Part shown: one piece after another, positions 13,313 to 25,689 of the stretch
Layout: each line of letters starts with the position of its first letter
How positions within the stretch are numbered: position 1 is the stretch's first letter
NCBI RefSeq assembly: GCF_000315625.1
Contig: NW_005434573.1
Span: 124,001-188,000 of the forward strand
Direction of reading: 5' to 3'
From: Guillardia theta CCMP2712
Lineage: Eukaryota; Protista; Cryptophyta
DNA: 64,000 nucleotides
Made by a program: the position numbers and the translations under genes
The notes under the pieces: model-generated
Told to the model about the DNA's origin: nothing
The model's database searches: none
What the model saw: the letters and a program-made list of their open reading frames with translations, nothing else

Positions 13313-15370
13313 ATGGCGGTCGTCGTTACTAAGAAGAAGCCTTTCCTGAGCAACGCCGCGCTTGCGGCTCTGGGGGAAGCAGGAGCAGGGGCTGTAGGTA
13401 ATAGACACTTCTGTGCCTTCAACTGCAATGGCGAGTACTCTTGTGGTTTCTGATATTGAGCTCTCAAACAGGATCCATAGTCTCGATCCTCGCGCTCTAT
13501 CCCTTGGACACGACCAGGACGATTCTCCAGGTGATGAGACTGAGACGCGGAGAGATCACTGAGAGAGAACGAAAGGTTCGCATGCCTCCCTACGACAAAC
13601 CCATGCCTTTCTTGAAGCTTCTGGTGCACATCTACCGGACAGAGGGATGGCAGCGATTGTACAAGTGCGAAGAGATGATTCAAGTTTGCTCAAAGCCTGA
13701 CGATCTTGTGATAGAGGACTGCCGTCGGCGCTGTCCGGCTCGGGTCTTTCCTGGGCGCTCTACTTTGCTGTGAGGGACCAAGAATGTGAAGCGCTTGTTT
13801 GGCTAACGTGAAAGTAGTGGAACGAGTTGTTCAAGAGATGGCTCAAGTCACTCAAGCACAAGAAGAACCCTTCCCAGAGCCTGGTGACCATCAAGCTGAC
13901 CGCCATCGAAGAGATGTTGTCCGCCACGGTTGCGGGGATCCTGACCACAGTCATCGTCAATCCGATTTGGGTGAGAAAACGTTTGAGATGCGATAGGGAA
14001 TGGCTGGGTGCATTAGCTGAACACATGCAGGTTATCAACACTCGCCTCAAGATTGCAGCAAAGAAGGCCTTCGGCAAGAAAGAAAACTCCAACGGCAAGG
14101 TGAGAGGTCCGAGATGCTTCGGGAGCGAACCTTACTGCCCTGTCAAGCATCTCCAGTCTAACGGAACCTCCAACGGGTCATCGCACCATCTGGCAAATGG
14201 GTCGTCCAATGGCACAAAGGAAAAGGGCGGTGAGCCACGGAGAACGGGATGTAGAGGATGCAGCGACGTGACTGTGTGCTGGAACAAGGGACGGAGGTCA
14301 CGAAGATGCCCACGGCTACTTCACTGACCGAGCTCATCCGGAACGAGGGCATCCTTGGCTGGCTCTCTGGTTACTGGGACCCGAAGAATGGAGATCAGCG
14401 CTAACTTTGATGTGAACGTAGGTATCGTTCCTGCCGTAGTCCTGCTCATCAACCCGGTACGAACTCTTCTGTAACCCCCTTCATTGCAACTGAGACTACT
14501 CTCCTATACCCCCCCTTCATTGCAACTGAGACTACTCCAGGGTATTCAACTTGCCATCTACGGATGGTTCCGCAAGATGATTCAGGTCTTGCTCGCCTCC
14601 TTCTAATTGACTTTCCCATGAGTCTCAGCAGCTCTTCCTCTTCAGAACCCCAACCCCACCTGCATCCCTTCATCATACCCCTTGGGATCCGTGCCTCCCT
14701 TGCCCCGTGATCCTTATCCTATCTCTGCCTCAGCAGCCCTCTCCCCTCTCTCCATGAAAAACAAAAGATTTTCAACCATCAAGCGCTGCAAATTTTGACT
14801 CTGACATGGCTTTCTCCTTTTGGGGCTTCAGAAAGCAAGGGGTGGGAAAGGACCCAAGCCCTTGGAGGCGTTTGTCATGGGTGCTGTCTCCAAGTTTTTC
14901 GCGGTTGCGACATATACGTCTTAACCTGCTGCCATGACTGTTTTCTCGCAGGTGCTTCTTACCTTCCCTGCGCAGACCATCAAACTTCGGATGCAAGCAG
15001 GGCTGAAGGGAGAGCAGGTGGCGATCATGATACTGACCTCTTCTGTTATCCTTATCATCTGTCGTGCGGTAGGCTAGTCACTACCTCAAGGACTTGAGGA
15101 GAGTGAAGAGCTTTTCTGAGCTGATTGAGGTTATCACATCCATGTGGACAGGTTGACCAGAATGCGGAGAACAGGCCGGCGCTGACGAAGCTTGCAGGTG
15201 TTGGCAACAAGATGGTCACTTCTATGCTGCATTCCGCAGTGATGTTCACCTTTGTTGAGTTGTTTCGTGCCTTCAACAGTATGATCCTGGCATACCAACT
15301 TCTCCTCTCGCTGAAGCGCTTGGCAGGAGTGATTGGTAGACGGCGTAAGGCGCTGGCGGCAGCTCATTGA
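13313..15370 (+). CDS. Mitochondrial carrier family (SLC25) protein, PMP34/peroxisomal nucleotide carrier-like, multi-exon
   Basis: Three carrier repeats: ALYPLDTTRTILQV, IVNPIWVINTRLK, LTFPAQTIKLRMQ. Also YRTEGWQRLYKG, IRNEGILGWLSG and LEAFVMGAVSK. The NPIWV and GAVSK patterns fit the PMP34/ANT1 group. Confidence 0.85.
14475..14537. repeat. 27-bp direct duplication within the carrier gene (probably intronic)
   Basis: CCCCCTTCATTGCAACTGAGACTACTC at 14475 and 14511. Confidence 0.85.
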
Positions 15371-15399
15371 GGTGATTCAAACTTCCCCGCGGTTTGAGG

Positions 15400-17000
15400 C
15401 AAATGTTGAGTTCTCTTGCAGACTGCTGCCGGCAGCGAGGCCCCCGGGCTGCGGGGGGGCTGGGGATCACTCAGCAAGAACTTGGCTCGCACTATGGCAG
15501 CCGCGCAACGTGACTGATGCTATGGCAGCGGGATGGACTCACTGGCATTAGCAGGGCATCAGTGATGCTATGGTAGCGGGATGGACTCACAGGCGTCAGT
15601 CATCGGTGTGACAGTGCTTCTGCTCAGACTGGCGTGCGACTCTCCCGACGGCCCTCAGCTGCACTGCCAGCGCCTTCCGAAGTTCCAGTGCACGACGGGG
15701 GCCGCCGGGCCGATGAAATGTGCCCACCGCCGCACGGCTACAAGAGTAAGTGTACGCCGAATCTTGGACTTGGCGCCGAGACCGGCGCTGTGCTGGCCGG
15801 GCTCAGGCGCCGCGTGGGCCCGGCGCCCGGCCAACGACTTGCGGCGACGCGCTTGGCCAGTGGCGGCCCGGCCGCCGGCCGCTTCGTCGCCTCAAGCTCA
15901 CTAGGCTGGCACTCAGGAAGTAACTTAGTAACTGGTGGCGGCGGCTCCGGCGAGGCAGTCCGGCGCCGAGTTTCAAGGCTGTACGACGGTCAACGGCGTA
16001 ACTTACTTGAGCAGTGCGACGATTGCCCGCCGGCCGCTGAGAGGCAGCCCGGCGCCTTCAGGCTTTGCCACATTGCCCGGCCAGTGCCACCAGTCACCGC
16101 GGCGCCGTCGGGCGGAACGGCCGCGGCACCCGTCGGTTCATGAAAGTTGTAAAGGAAAATCGCCGGGCCGCCAACTCAGTGGCGGAGTTTTCAAGTCAAG
16201 TTCGCCGCGGCCGCGCCGCGTTGCCGGGGCCCATCCCGGCCCATGTGTTGGATGATTCAATTTAGTGATAACCGTGTGCCACGGTGTGACATTGAACTTT
16301 GGTGAGCAGTGAAATCGAAGCCAAGCTGGCAACTTGGCATGGTGATTCACAAGTGACTTTCATCAGTGAATCATGATCAGGGCCTGAGTGCCGCTCAGCG
16401 GCTTCGCGGCGGAACCGTGCCGGCCCTCCGGCCGCCGGGACTCGGCCGGGATCGGACTCGAGTACGGTCCGATTCACCGTCACTGTGGTCCCGGATCGGA
16501 CTGGGAGCCTCGGAGCACGGTACGGTACGGTCCCTGGGCCCGGCGTGGCCGCCGCGGCCGGGCGCGAGCCTCGCCCCCCCCCGGGGCCAGTGCCGTCCCA
16601 GCCCGCGGCCGTTGTGACCTGAGCCTCGGAGTGCCGCCGCCCCCCCCGCGGCGGGGCCCGGGCCGGCCCGCCGCGTGAATCTCAGTTGTCACAGTGATCG
16701 CCGGGCCCCGACAGGACTCCCGCCGCCGGAGCGCTGTTACGGCGCCGGAATCTCATGCTCTCAACAGCATCTTCGGAGATACCGTCGCGGCTTCACCGAC
16801 TCCGAACACAGAGTCAGCCGTCCGAGCTGAGCGCCGATCAGAGTCACTCAGTGACTCTGTGACTCGCCGGTCCGGGGGGCGGGCGCGGCGGCGGGCCCCG
16901 CTGGTTTATATGAATCTGCTCAGGCCACCGTGATTTTAGTCAATACGGCCTGTAAGCCTTGCGAAACCAACGTGACCCGTCAGCCCTCAAACTGAGACAA
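15400..17000. repeat. GC-rich micro-palindrome block (type A)
   Basis: Same word composition as 1760-2900. Perfect hairpin CAGAGTCACT-C-AGTGACTCTG at 16839-16859. 28-bp near-identical direct repeat at 15515 and 15563. Confidence 0.7.
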
Positions 17001-17411
17001 CAAACAGTCACGAGGACACGCATGGTTCGGGGTGGTCAATGGCAAGCTCGCCCAGCTTCAAATCCCAAGAAGACCACAAGGCACCACAACAAAACTACCC
17101 ATCGCATAGTAGTGATTGAGGACAGGACAGCAGGGTCAGACTCAAGGCTCGGCGAAGAGGACAGAAGGTCACGCTGTCAAGAGGAAATGGTTACAAGCTG
17201 ACGAGGTAAAATCTGGAGATGACATCGGCCCCTCTAATGGCTCATTGAGGCCTTACAGCAGTCACAAGGGAGTGCTGACACGGACACCACGAAGTGTGGA
17301 CTCCGTGAGTAAATTATGTGTAGTAAAGTCTGGAGTTGGGGCGAACCGTTGTTTGTTCCCTTCCCTCGTGAACGATAAGAAGTCAAAGGGGAGCGACGGC
17401 GAGGCCAGGCG

Positions 17412-18119
17412 ATGGGAAGCGAGCACAAGTCATTCATGGCATGCGAACACGGCGAGGACGAAAAAGCTTGTGTGCGAGATAGAAGAGGTCGAGCAGTGGA
17501 TGCCACGGAGAATGGTAGCGACTGTGCTTCATGCCATGATGTGAACAATCAGCCGGAGCATTTTGAGCAAGATGAGCAAGCAGAAATGTGGACAGAATAC
17601 GGAAGGGCGATCGAGGATCTAACGAAGAGCACTCTATGTCCATTCATCATGGTTGATCTATCTCGTGACAACAATCCTATTCTGTTCGCCTCAACGAGCA
17701 TGTGCGAGATTGACGTTGGTGTTCAATGGCATACGACGCATAGGACATCTCTGTGGGACTACCTTGAGGGAAAGTTGAGTGACTGCGATTACTCAGCGAT
17801 CGAGAACGCCATGCGCCAACCTTTTGTTGAGTTCTCAACATGCTTTGAATGGGCGCCAGACACCAGCTCTAGCCAATGGCTGCATGTGTCCCTGCGGCAG
17901 GACGATAAGTTCAAGTGCCCGTTTGTCACGATCTGCTTTTACGATGTGACGAACCTGGTCGAGCAATATGATGTTCAAAACCTCGAGGACAAGTGCAGAG
18001 AGATTGAGACCACACAGCTCTACACTTGCACCACGTCCTTCTCTGTTCTCCATGCCATGATGATGGATGATGACAAGAGCGAGGCCGATGGACTTGAGAA
18101 TGAGACTCCCTCACTGTAA
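17412..18119 (+). CDS. PAS/LOV-like domain protein lacking the flavin-adduct motif
   Basis: PFIMVDLSRDNNPILFAS resembles the LOV start (FVITDPxxPDNPIIFAS). Later WLHVSLRQ and terminal FYDVT (PAS DIT/DVT motif). No GxNCRFLQ. Confidence 0.6.
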   Translation: MGSEHKSFMACEHGEDEKACVRDRRGRAVDATENGSDCASCHDVNNQPEHFEQDEQAEMWTEYGRAIEDLTKSTLCPFIMVDLSRDNNPILFASTSMCEIDVGVQWHTTHRTSLWDYLEGKLSDCDYSAIENAMRQPFVEFSTCFEWAPDTSSSQWLHVSLRQDDKFKCPFVTICFYDVTNLVEQYDVQNLEDKCREIETTQLYTCTTSFSVLHAMMMDDDKSEADGLENETPSL

Positions 18120-18229
18120 ATAGTATATGATGTTTAGATAGATTCATTGAAGCTTTCTTTGATTGAATGTTACGATTAGATCTCCGCACAATGCAAACAA
18201 TATACAACACTGTCAAGCGGTTGCTGCCT

Positions 18230-20220
18230 TCACTCATTCAGCTGGTGAAAATCGTGGCTGGAGATTGTACAGCAAATGTACGTTTCTACGTGCTTGACCA
18301 TAAGATGGTTGGCTGCCCTATGGCTGATGTAGGGTGGGTCTCGCGAGTCATAGAGAGAGTCTGTAAGATCTCTAGCCTGCAGACGAATTCATTGGAGGGT
18401 CAGCTGCCGATGCTTTCTCTATCATTTCTCACCACAACGACGTTGAAGCCCTCCCTCAACAGCTGACGGATCCCGAACGGCCTCTTCAGTATGCACTCGT
18501 TGAGATGCACTCCAGTCACAACCTCGCATGCCATCAGGGCATCTTGTCATCATGTGCTCCTCACTTCACACCACGTTCTTCATGCCGAGCCTCTTGAAAG
18601 TGCCAACAATCTCATTGGCGCTGTCACTCAGCCCGTCCAACGGGAAGATCTTGATGTCCCTGTTCTATCGGTAGACCATGAGAGGCGAGGCCTTTCGAGC
18701 TCCGAGGCATACCTGGTAGTGCGATTCGTCGTCCCATCTGGTCGGAGCCTCGGTCTTGCCATCATCGCAGCCACCGCCTTGAATCGGAAGCGTCGGCTCG
18801 TCATCGAGGGGCTCGACAGACTGACCTGCGTCGATATGTCTCATGCTCTCTTGTCAAACGGATGTCATGTGATACCCGCATGCCTGAGTGAGGCAGACAG
18901 ACATCCCTCTTCTGACATACACCATCTCGAGCTCTGCATCTAACCAAGGCAGCCTGGCGTCAGGCGTAGGAGGATGGAGGGGATGGAGGCTGTTGGAACC
19001 ATTCGTTCTCGCTGCTCGGGGTACTCTGCCCACATCTCTTCGACCCCGCTAAGACACGTCAAGAGCAAGGCACTGGAAGATGAGCTGAAAACCTGCTGGG
19101 AACATGCACGATGAAAACTCCAAGGTCTCTTGCCGCCATGATAGCGCGATTGATATCCCTAGCTATCTCCATTGACCTGAGATGTGCTGGTTGACACCCT
19201 AGGACTCATTCATCACCAGAAATCAGTCGGATCACTTAAAGATTCACAACCATGGAATGCCCACATGTCGATGACTAGGATGGCTGTTTCAGAAGCATTC
19301 CACCTATATCAGGTGAGGCACATAAAAGCAAGCACCAACTGTCCACCTCTCTTGTTTAGACCAAGGTTGGCCATCGCTCTTGTCTGTAGTGCCAGTCAAG
19401 GCAGGAAGCAGCTCGCAACCGAGTACTGAAGCATCTCTTGTGCACCACAACGCTGTCTTGAGTCCCTGAAGCAAAATAAGAGGCACCGCAACAAAGTCCG
19501 CCAACATACTCGTTCTCTCTCCAATAGGGCGTTGGATTTCTCCATGAGACAAGAACCTGGCAAACCATCTCATGATTGTAACATACCTTTCTTCAGCACC
19601 TGATCCTGTCCTGAACATCCAGGTCAACAGCAAGCAGCCCATCCCTTCCCTTCGCCAGCCAGACACACCTTGCGGCCAGCGACGTGATACGCAGCCAAGT
19701 CTTCTGCCAGCTGCGACTGCGCTGTAGAAGGATCACCCATGAGATGGCTTCGATCAGTACATCGCCATTCACCTTCCAGGACATGCTGTCCGGCAGGCAG
19801 AGGAGGGATCGTGAGGATGTGAAACTGTCTCGTCCGGTTCCCCAGTGGGATCGCCAGGGCCTTAAACTTGTGAACACTGGGTTGCATTCCCGGCAAACGT
19901 ACCAGATCCCCGTCGAGAAAGACCTCCACGCTCTGAGCGTTGAGCTGATAGAGGGTTCGAGTGACTCGAGCGATGATGAGCGGAACTGCATGTACCTCTC
20001 GTGGATCCACCACGGAGGAGAAGAAGTTATGGACCTCCAGTCTCACCTGAAGAAATTTACAAGTCGCAACAACATGCCCGGCCCTCTGCAAGAATACCTT
20101 GAACGCGCCCCATACTTCTGACCCGTCTTGAGGCGCTGTAATCTTCACCCTGGCAGATTCATATGAAGTTGCCAACCCCGGCAAGGCAGCGAGTAGCAGA
20201 TGTAAAAAGATCCATTTCAT
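18230..20220 (-). CDS. Signal-peptide protein with C-terminal isochorismatase-like cysteine hydrolase domain, multi-exon
   Basis: N-terminus MKWIFLHLLLAALPGLATS. Exons WNASETAILVIDMWAFHG, PTLPIQGGGCDD, VTGVHLNECILKRPFGIRQLLREGFNVVVARDLTDSLYD...HVETYICCTISS. TGA at 18230. Confidence 0.75.
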
Positions 20221-20331
20221 CTGAAACCTCTATCGTCTCTTTCTGCTTGTCTGCGCACAGAGCTCTGATTTCGTGCGAGAGAGGTCAGCTTGCCCTGCAA
20301 AACAGAGTCAGCCGGTTTAACTGCTTCGAAT

Positions 20332-20435
20332 TCCCTCCGTCCCTCCGTCCCTCCGTCCCTCTCTCCGTCCCTCCGTCCCCCCATCCCTACCCTCCCTCCC
20401 TTCCCTGCCTGCCCGCCTGCCTGCCTGCCTGCCCG

Positions 20436-20467
<32 letters not shown>

Positions 20468-20503
20468 ACCTCCCTCCCTCCCTCCCTCCCTCCCTCCCTC
20501 CCT
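20332..20503. repeat. Compound (CCCT)n/(CCTG)n microsatellite
   Basis: Direct inspection. Confidence 0.9.
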
Positions 20504-20699
20504 CTCACCGTGATGAGTCTCGCCATTTCGTGGTTGTCACCATCGTTTTCTCTATGTTCGAGCTCGCCTCAACGAACACTCATTGTGACGACTGAGTAAA
20601 CTGCCGCCCCCGGGATCGGCTCGGGATTCAGTTGCCCGGGCCCGGGATAAAAAGAAGATGAAAACAGCCTGGCAAGCAGTTTAAAAGTGCTTTTTAGAG

Positions 20700-21230
20700 G
20701 GCCCCGCGCCAACAGATCTGGTACTAATCTTTACTCAATCTTGGAACGAGTCGCCTGACGTCTTAATTTTACTCAAATCAGCACCCTACCTCTCGATCTT
20801 TACCCCACCCCCTCCCCGACAGCATCTGGACCAGGACCCGTGCTATCCAACGCACCCCTCCACTATGACTACCCCTACCTACTACTGTGCAACTTGCCTA
20901 TCTTCACCCCCTCATACCGGAAATACTTTTGACCACCCCACCATGCTCTGTCCCCGATTCAATTCACCTAGTGCCGCGATGGTAGAACTGCCCCCTACAA
21001 CAATCCTAAGACCCTTCTAGAACCCTGACCACCTACCCAGTATTTCTAGCATCCGCGACCGGTACCACTAGGGGGTACGCCGACTGTTAAACCTACAAGT
21101 TGGTCTGGTAGGGTACTTGATCTACGGGTATTTTCATGGTTAAATTCAAGGGTGTTGGCGGTACTCTTGTAGCACAGGACCCGTGGTACCTGCTCTAATC
21201 CCATGCTACTCGCCACCCCTTCAGCCTCCT
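20700..21230. promoter_or_regulatory. Type B TACCC/GGGTA-rich block
   Basis: Word enrichment. Lies 5' of the minus-strand gene starting at 20220. Confidence 0.4.
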
Positions 21231-21999
21231 CCTACACCTGCTCCCTCTGCCTCACAATGATATGCTCGACCCTGCCCTCCTCAAGACCTCCTCCCTCCCC
21301 CTCCTCCCTCCCCGCCTTATGTTTGTACTCCTCCTCTTCAGCTTGCTCATGCCTTTGCCCCGCAAGAACCCTTCTACTTCGCCAACCCCTGGATCTTCCC
21401 TTAACAGAACCCTGCAACACTGCTGAACCCGTTCGCTTCTTTACATCCTGACATTCCTCCTCCTCATTCATGTCTGAATACCATGGGTCATCGATATCTT
21501 ACTTACACCTCTCTTGTCGTTGTCTTGATCCTTGGTGCGCTCCTCCTGACAGCCTCCTTCGTCAACCCTATGATTCATGCTGTGTTCCTATACTAGACTT
21601 TTCCATCCTCCTGCCTTGTGAGCCTTTACCATCTTGTTGCTCCTTTCAGCTACCGTATTTTTCTCCTGTGTAACTCTTTCAGTGTCATGCCTTGCATGTC
21701 TCCGTTTGCCGTCTTCACGTGCATCCTTCTCATCGATGCACCCCCTCCTGTACGCCCATTCCTCATGCCGCTTGTCGCCGATGACTGGGATGATAGCGAA
21801 ATTTCAACTTACGTCCTGCCCTCTCTCTCTTCTTCTCTACTCTCCTTTTCTCAGAATGCATGAACATGAATAGCTGCACTTGTATCATGCCAGAAACGTA
21901 ATTTCACCTGAATGTCCCGATATCCTGTTTTTCATGGAATACTACGCTTAATCCTAAAGAAGCTTTCAACAGCACTTGTCTTGGAATTCTTTTGATTTC

Positions 22000-24900
22000 T
22001 TTGTCACTAATCTTTTTGTCTCTCAGACAAACTTCCAAAGAACCTGGTTGATTGAGCTCCGGGATCAATCCTGGATGAGAATGTTTCGAAGGAAAATTTT
22101 AGCGGGAGCGCGAGCTTTTGCTCCCTCCCATAACCTCTCACATCAACAGCATCAAGGTATTCGTCTCAAAACTCTGATCCTCTCTTCCCCTCGACCTTCA
22201 GGATCGCTCTCCTCTTGTGAATCGCGCATGATTGCTCCTCATTTCGAGCATACTGTAGTGTTGTTGCCTTTTCCAGCTCCCTCACTCCTGGCGCAGGAAC
22301 ACTCCCGATTCAACACAGCACTGGCTCTCCGAATAGGGACAACATACTTGGCCGTCACCTGAAATATGATCGTCTCAAGGAGGCGATCCGGAACTTCAAC
22401 CACACTCAGCGTTCCAAGGGAGACGAGGACCACGATGGGATTCCTTGTGTCAGCGTCCGTCCGCACCCCCTCCCCGAGACTATCTCGGTCAAGGACATCC
22501 CGGACAGGATTCTGCCCAAGTACTCCCTCACCAACTGAGGTGCTCCCGCTCCTCATGGTTGGGACCGTCACATCCTGCTGAGTGAAAATTGTATTGTTTT
22601 CTTGCTTGTTACATTTAGCGAATGGTATTAAGTTTTCACGCAATGATGGAATGAAGGGCTTTAATGAGAACACGTGACTTGTCTCTGATTTCTTGACGAT
22701 TATCTCCATCATACTACAGCGATGTCTGAAAACTTGCTCAGTCCCTGTTGGCAAACCAAAAGAGTCACACAGCAAAGATTACATAAAAAGAATAAAACAA
22801 GCTCAACACTGACCGTCAGACTCATTCTCTTGAACTTGATCGATCGAAAACCTGGTCCCCTGGTTGAATTTCAGATTGAAGCTGGAGAGAAGAGGAAGAG
22901 CCTAGCGACGAAGGATACATGGAAAAAAAGGATAGGCAAGAGAAGGTAGCTATACTTCATCACGGTCGGCAACTCCGAGCAAGTGTCGTTGCTCTCCTGC
23001 TCTTCCTGCTGCTGTTTCGTCTCACTCGACTCGGTCGGCTCAATATTCTCTTCATCCGCTGATGCTGCGGAAGAATTTTCAGCGCTAGGCCGGAGGGGAC
23101 TCGAAAGGGAGACTGGGTGCTGATAGTCAAGTTACCTGCATGTCCTCCTTTCAACCTGCTGGCTACTTTCACTTTCTTCCAGATCTTGGATGGTCGCTTG
23201 TTCGTCTCTCTTTTCTCCTCTAGGACGACATAAGACGAGTACAAGGAAACACGCGCAAGTGCCTGGCAGCATGTAGAGCCGCGCGGGGATCGAGAGATCA
23301 CTGAAGTTGAGCTGATTTGCAAAAGGTGTCAGGATCACAGGAAAGACAGGTAGATGTGAAGAGCAAGGACTAGTACACGAAAGAGTCAAGACGAGGAGGA
23401 GGAGAAGAGAATGAGGGCAGGGGCAGGGGCAGGGGGAGAGGCAGGGGCTGATGAGAGGGCGCAGGTTTTGATAATGAAGCTAAACCTGCACGACAAAGGA
23501 GAGCGTGTGACAGCCTTCTGCCCCCTCCGACCATCGTTGGACCTGGTGACGCGAGTCAGACTAACGGGGCGCCGTCCTGCTCCTCGTCGTCACCTGCTCT
23601 CTGTTGCGCTCAAGCAGCTCGGCGGGCTCGGGGATGGTCATTGCAAACCTTGACCTGATCTCCGAGACCAGGAAGTCCAGCACTTGCTCTACCGTCAGCC
23701 TCGCTGAAATAGCTCCTAGCAGGATGACGTCCATCACAGTCGAATAAGTTGCACTGCTGTAAGACTACCTCGATCTGATTCGGAAGCTATGGCACTCAAC
23801 AACGTTCCCCCCTTCTTTCCGACGTCCAGACTTCGGAATGTGGGTGTTATCCCTGTCGACTTCTCCTCCACTGCGATGCGCTTGCTCCTTCTCCCTCCTG
23901 CCATCGAGTCTTCCTTGCTGACCCTTGTATCTGCCTGGTTGTGCTGCCGATGCATCACACGTTTCGTCTCTCCTTGCAGCTCAACAGACAATCGAGTCTT
24001 TCTTGCATGCAAGGGGAACAACAGCCCCTCTTTCTTCTGATCAACAGAATAAAAGCTCTTATCGTAGGAGATCTGCAATCATCTCAGGCTTCGTCAGGAT
24101 GAACATCACATCAAACATGTCTTCTCCCCCTGGTGCTATACGTTGCTGTCTCTCCTTTCACTTGCATCCACTCTGCGACGTCCACCGAGTTTCTCGTCGT
24201 CTTCTTCCATCCCCGCTGCCCCTCCATCAGACCAGCAGCACCAGCAGGGTCTCTCTACCTCCTGCAGGGAGACTCCTGGACCTGACGGTCGAAGACGGCT
24301 CGTCTCGCTCACGTCCTCTTGCGCATGAGCTGACGGGAAGCTGGCTCGAATCTGGTTCACGCCATCATCCCATCATCCCATCATCCCCAGCACTGAGGCC
24401 TTGCTCACCTTTGCGATCCTGTTTCTCCTCATCCTATGCTGCTCTGCGCTTTCATTTCCTCCCAGGCGAGTCACAGCATTCATGTCCAGCGGATGAATCT
24501 TGGGCAACGCGGGCTTGTGATCCAGGCTCGTTGCCTGCAAGGACGGATCTGTGAACTCTTGGAAGTATCTTGGTGCAGCTGCAGAGCTGTCAGCAGAGCT
24601 TCATTCATGCCGAAGACAATCACCTTTCTTCTTGGCGTTCACCACAGGGGAGGACGAGGAGTAGATGGGATAGGGGACTGGAATTTTTTTGCCGATCCCA
24701 GGCAATGCATCCTTGCTCCAGGGAGACTTGACGTGTTTCTAAGAACATGCTAACGTGAGCAGATGAGACAGTCGGGACTGGACGATGACATACCTTGACG
24801 ATAGGGCTCTTTGCCATGAGAGTGCTTGCCATGCGACGATCCTTGGGGGTAACATTCTTCTCCTGCTTGAGCACAAGTAAAAAGACAATCATAATGGAAG

Positions 24901-25170
24901 AACATCGTTCATCCAGACAACGCATGATCAAAGTTCGAGAAGTTCCAGCACAAGACGTAGATCATGTATAACAAAGTCGATGAGACAACTTTTGTTTCCA
25001 TCTCAGGGGCAGAACGCTTACATTTCTTCGTGTCATGGCCATAATCCTTGGAGATCGTCTCAGCCTTGGAAGAGTATCATCATCCAATCTGGTCCGCATG
25101 TCTCCCTCCTCCTCCTCCTCCTCCTCCTCCTCCTCCTCCTCCTCTCGGACTTGGATTGTCAACTTGCGCT
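22000..25170 (-). CDS. Hypothetical multi-exon low-complexity protein; boundaries approximate, may be more than one gene
   Basis: Successive minus-strand open frames separated by GT..AG-like short introns. No recognisable domain. Confidence 0.4.
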
Positions 25171-25490
25171 GCATCTCGTCACACCCCCTGAACCCCAATC
25201 CTCTTTAAACCCCACCCCTTTCCTTGGAGTTTTGCACTCAAGGTCAGATACCCTGACTTATACCTGAAAAAATACCGGTCAAGACACTACCCTACCTAGT
25301 TTCTATCACCACCCTTCACCCTCTCTCCTTGTGAATTAACGGACGATCGCTTACGTGAGTCAAACTTGACAGGAACATTGTGAACCGAACTCGATCAGTC
25401 CGCTGCTCTCAGTGCGTCAGTGAGAGAGCTCAACGACTTCGAGATATGCTCGATCATGATGTTCATCGCTACAGCGACGAGAAGGATGAC

Positions 25491-25609
25491 GGAAGGGTAC
25501 TACAATCATCTAGGAAGGGTACTACAATCATCTAGGAAAGGAAGGATACTACAATCATCTAGGAAGGTGTGTACTACAATCATCTAGGAAGGGTACTACA
25601 ATCATCTAG
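25491..25609. repeat. 22-bp minisatellite (GGAAGGGTACTACAATCATCTA) x5 with small indels
   Basis: Five copies visible. Confidence 0.9.
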
Positions 25610-25689
25610 ATAAGCACCAGAAGGATATGACACCTTAGGTCAATAAGTTTGATGAACAGATTAATGTAAGATTGCCTTGCAGTGCGATT

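Noticed and set aside
25491-25609. CRISPR-like array
   Set aside because: Units are head-to-tail with no unique spacers, there are no cas genes, and the context is eukaryotic.
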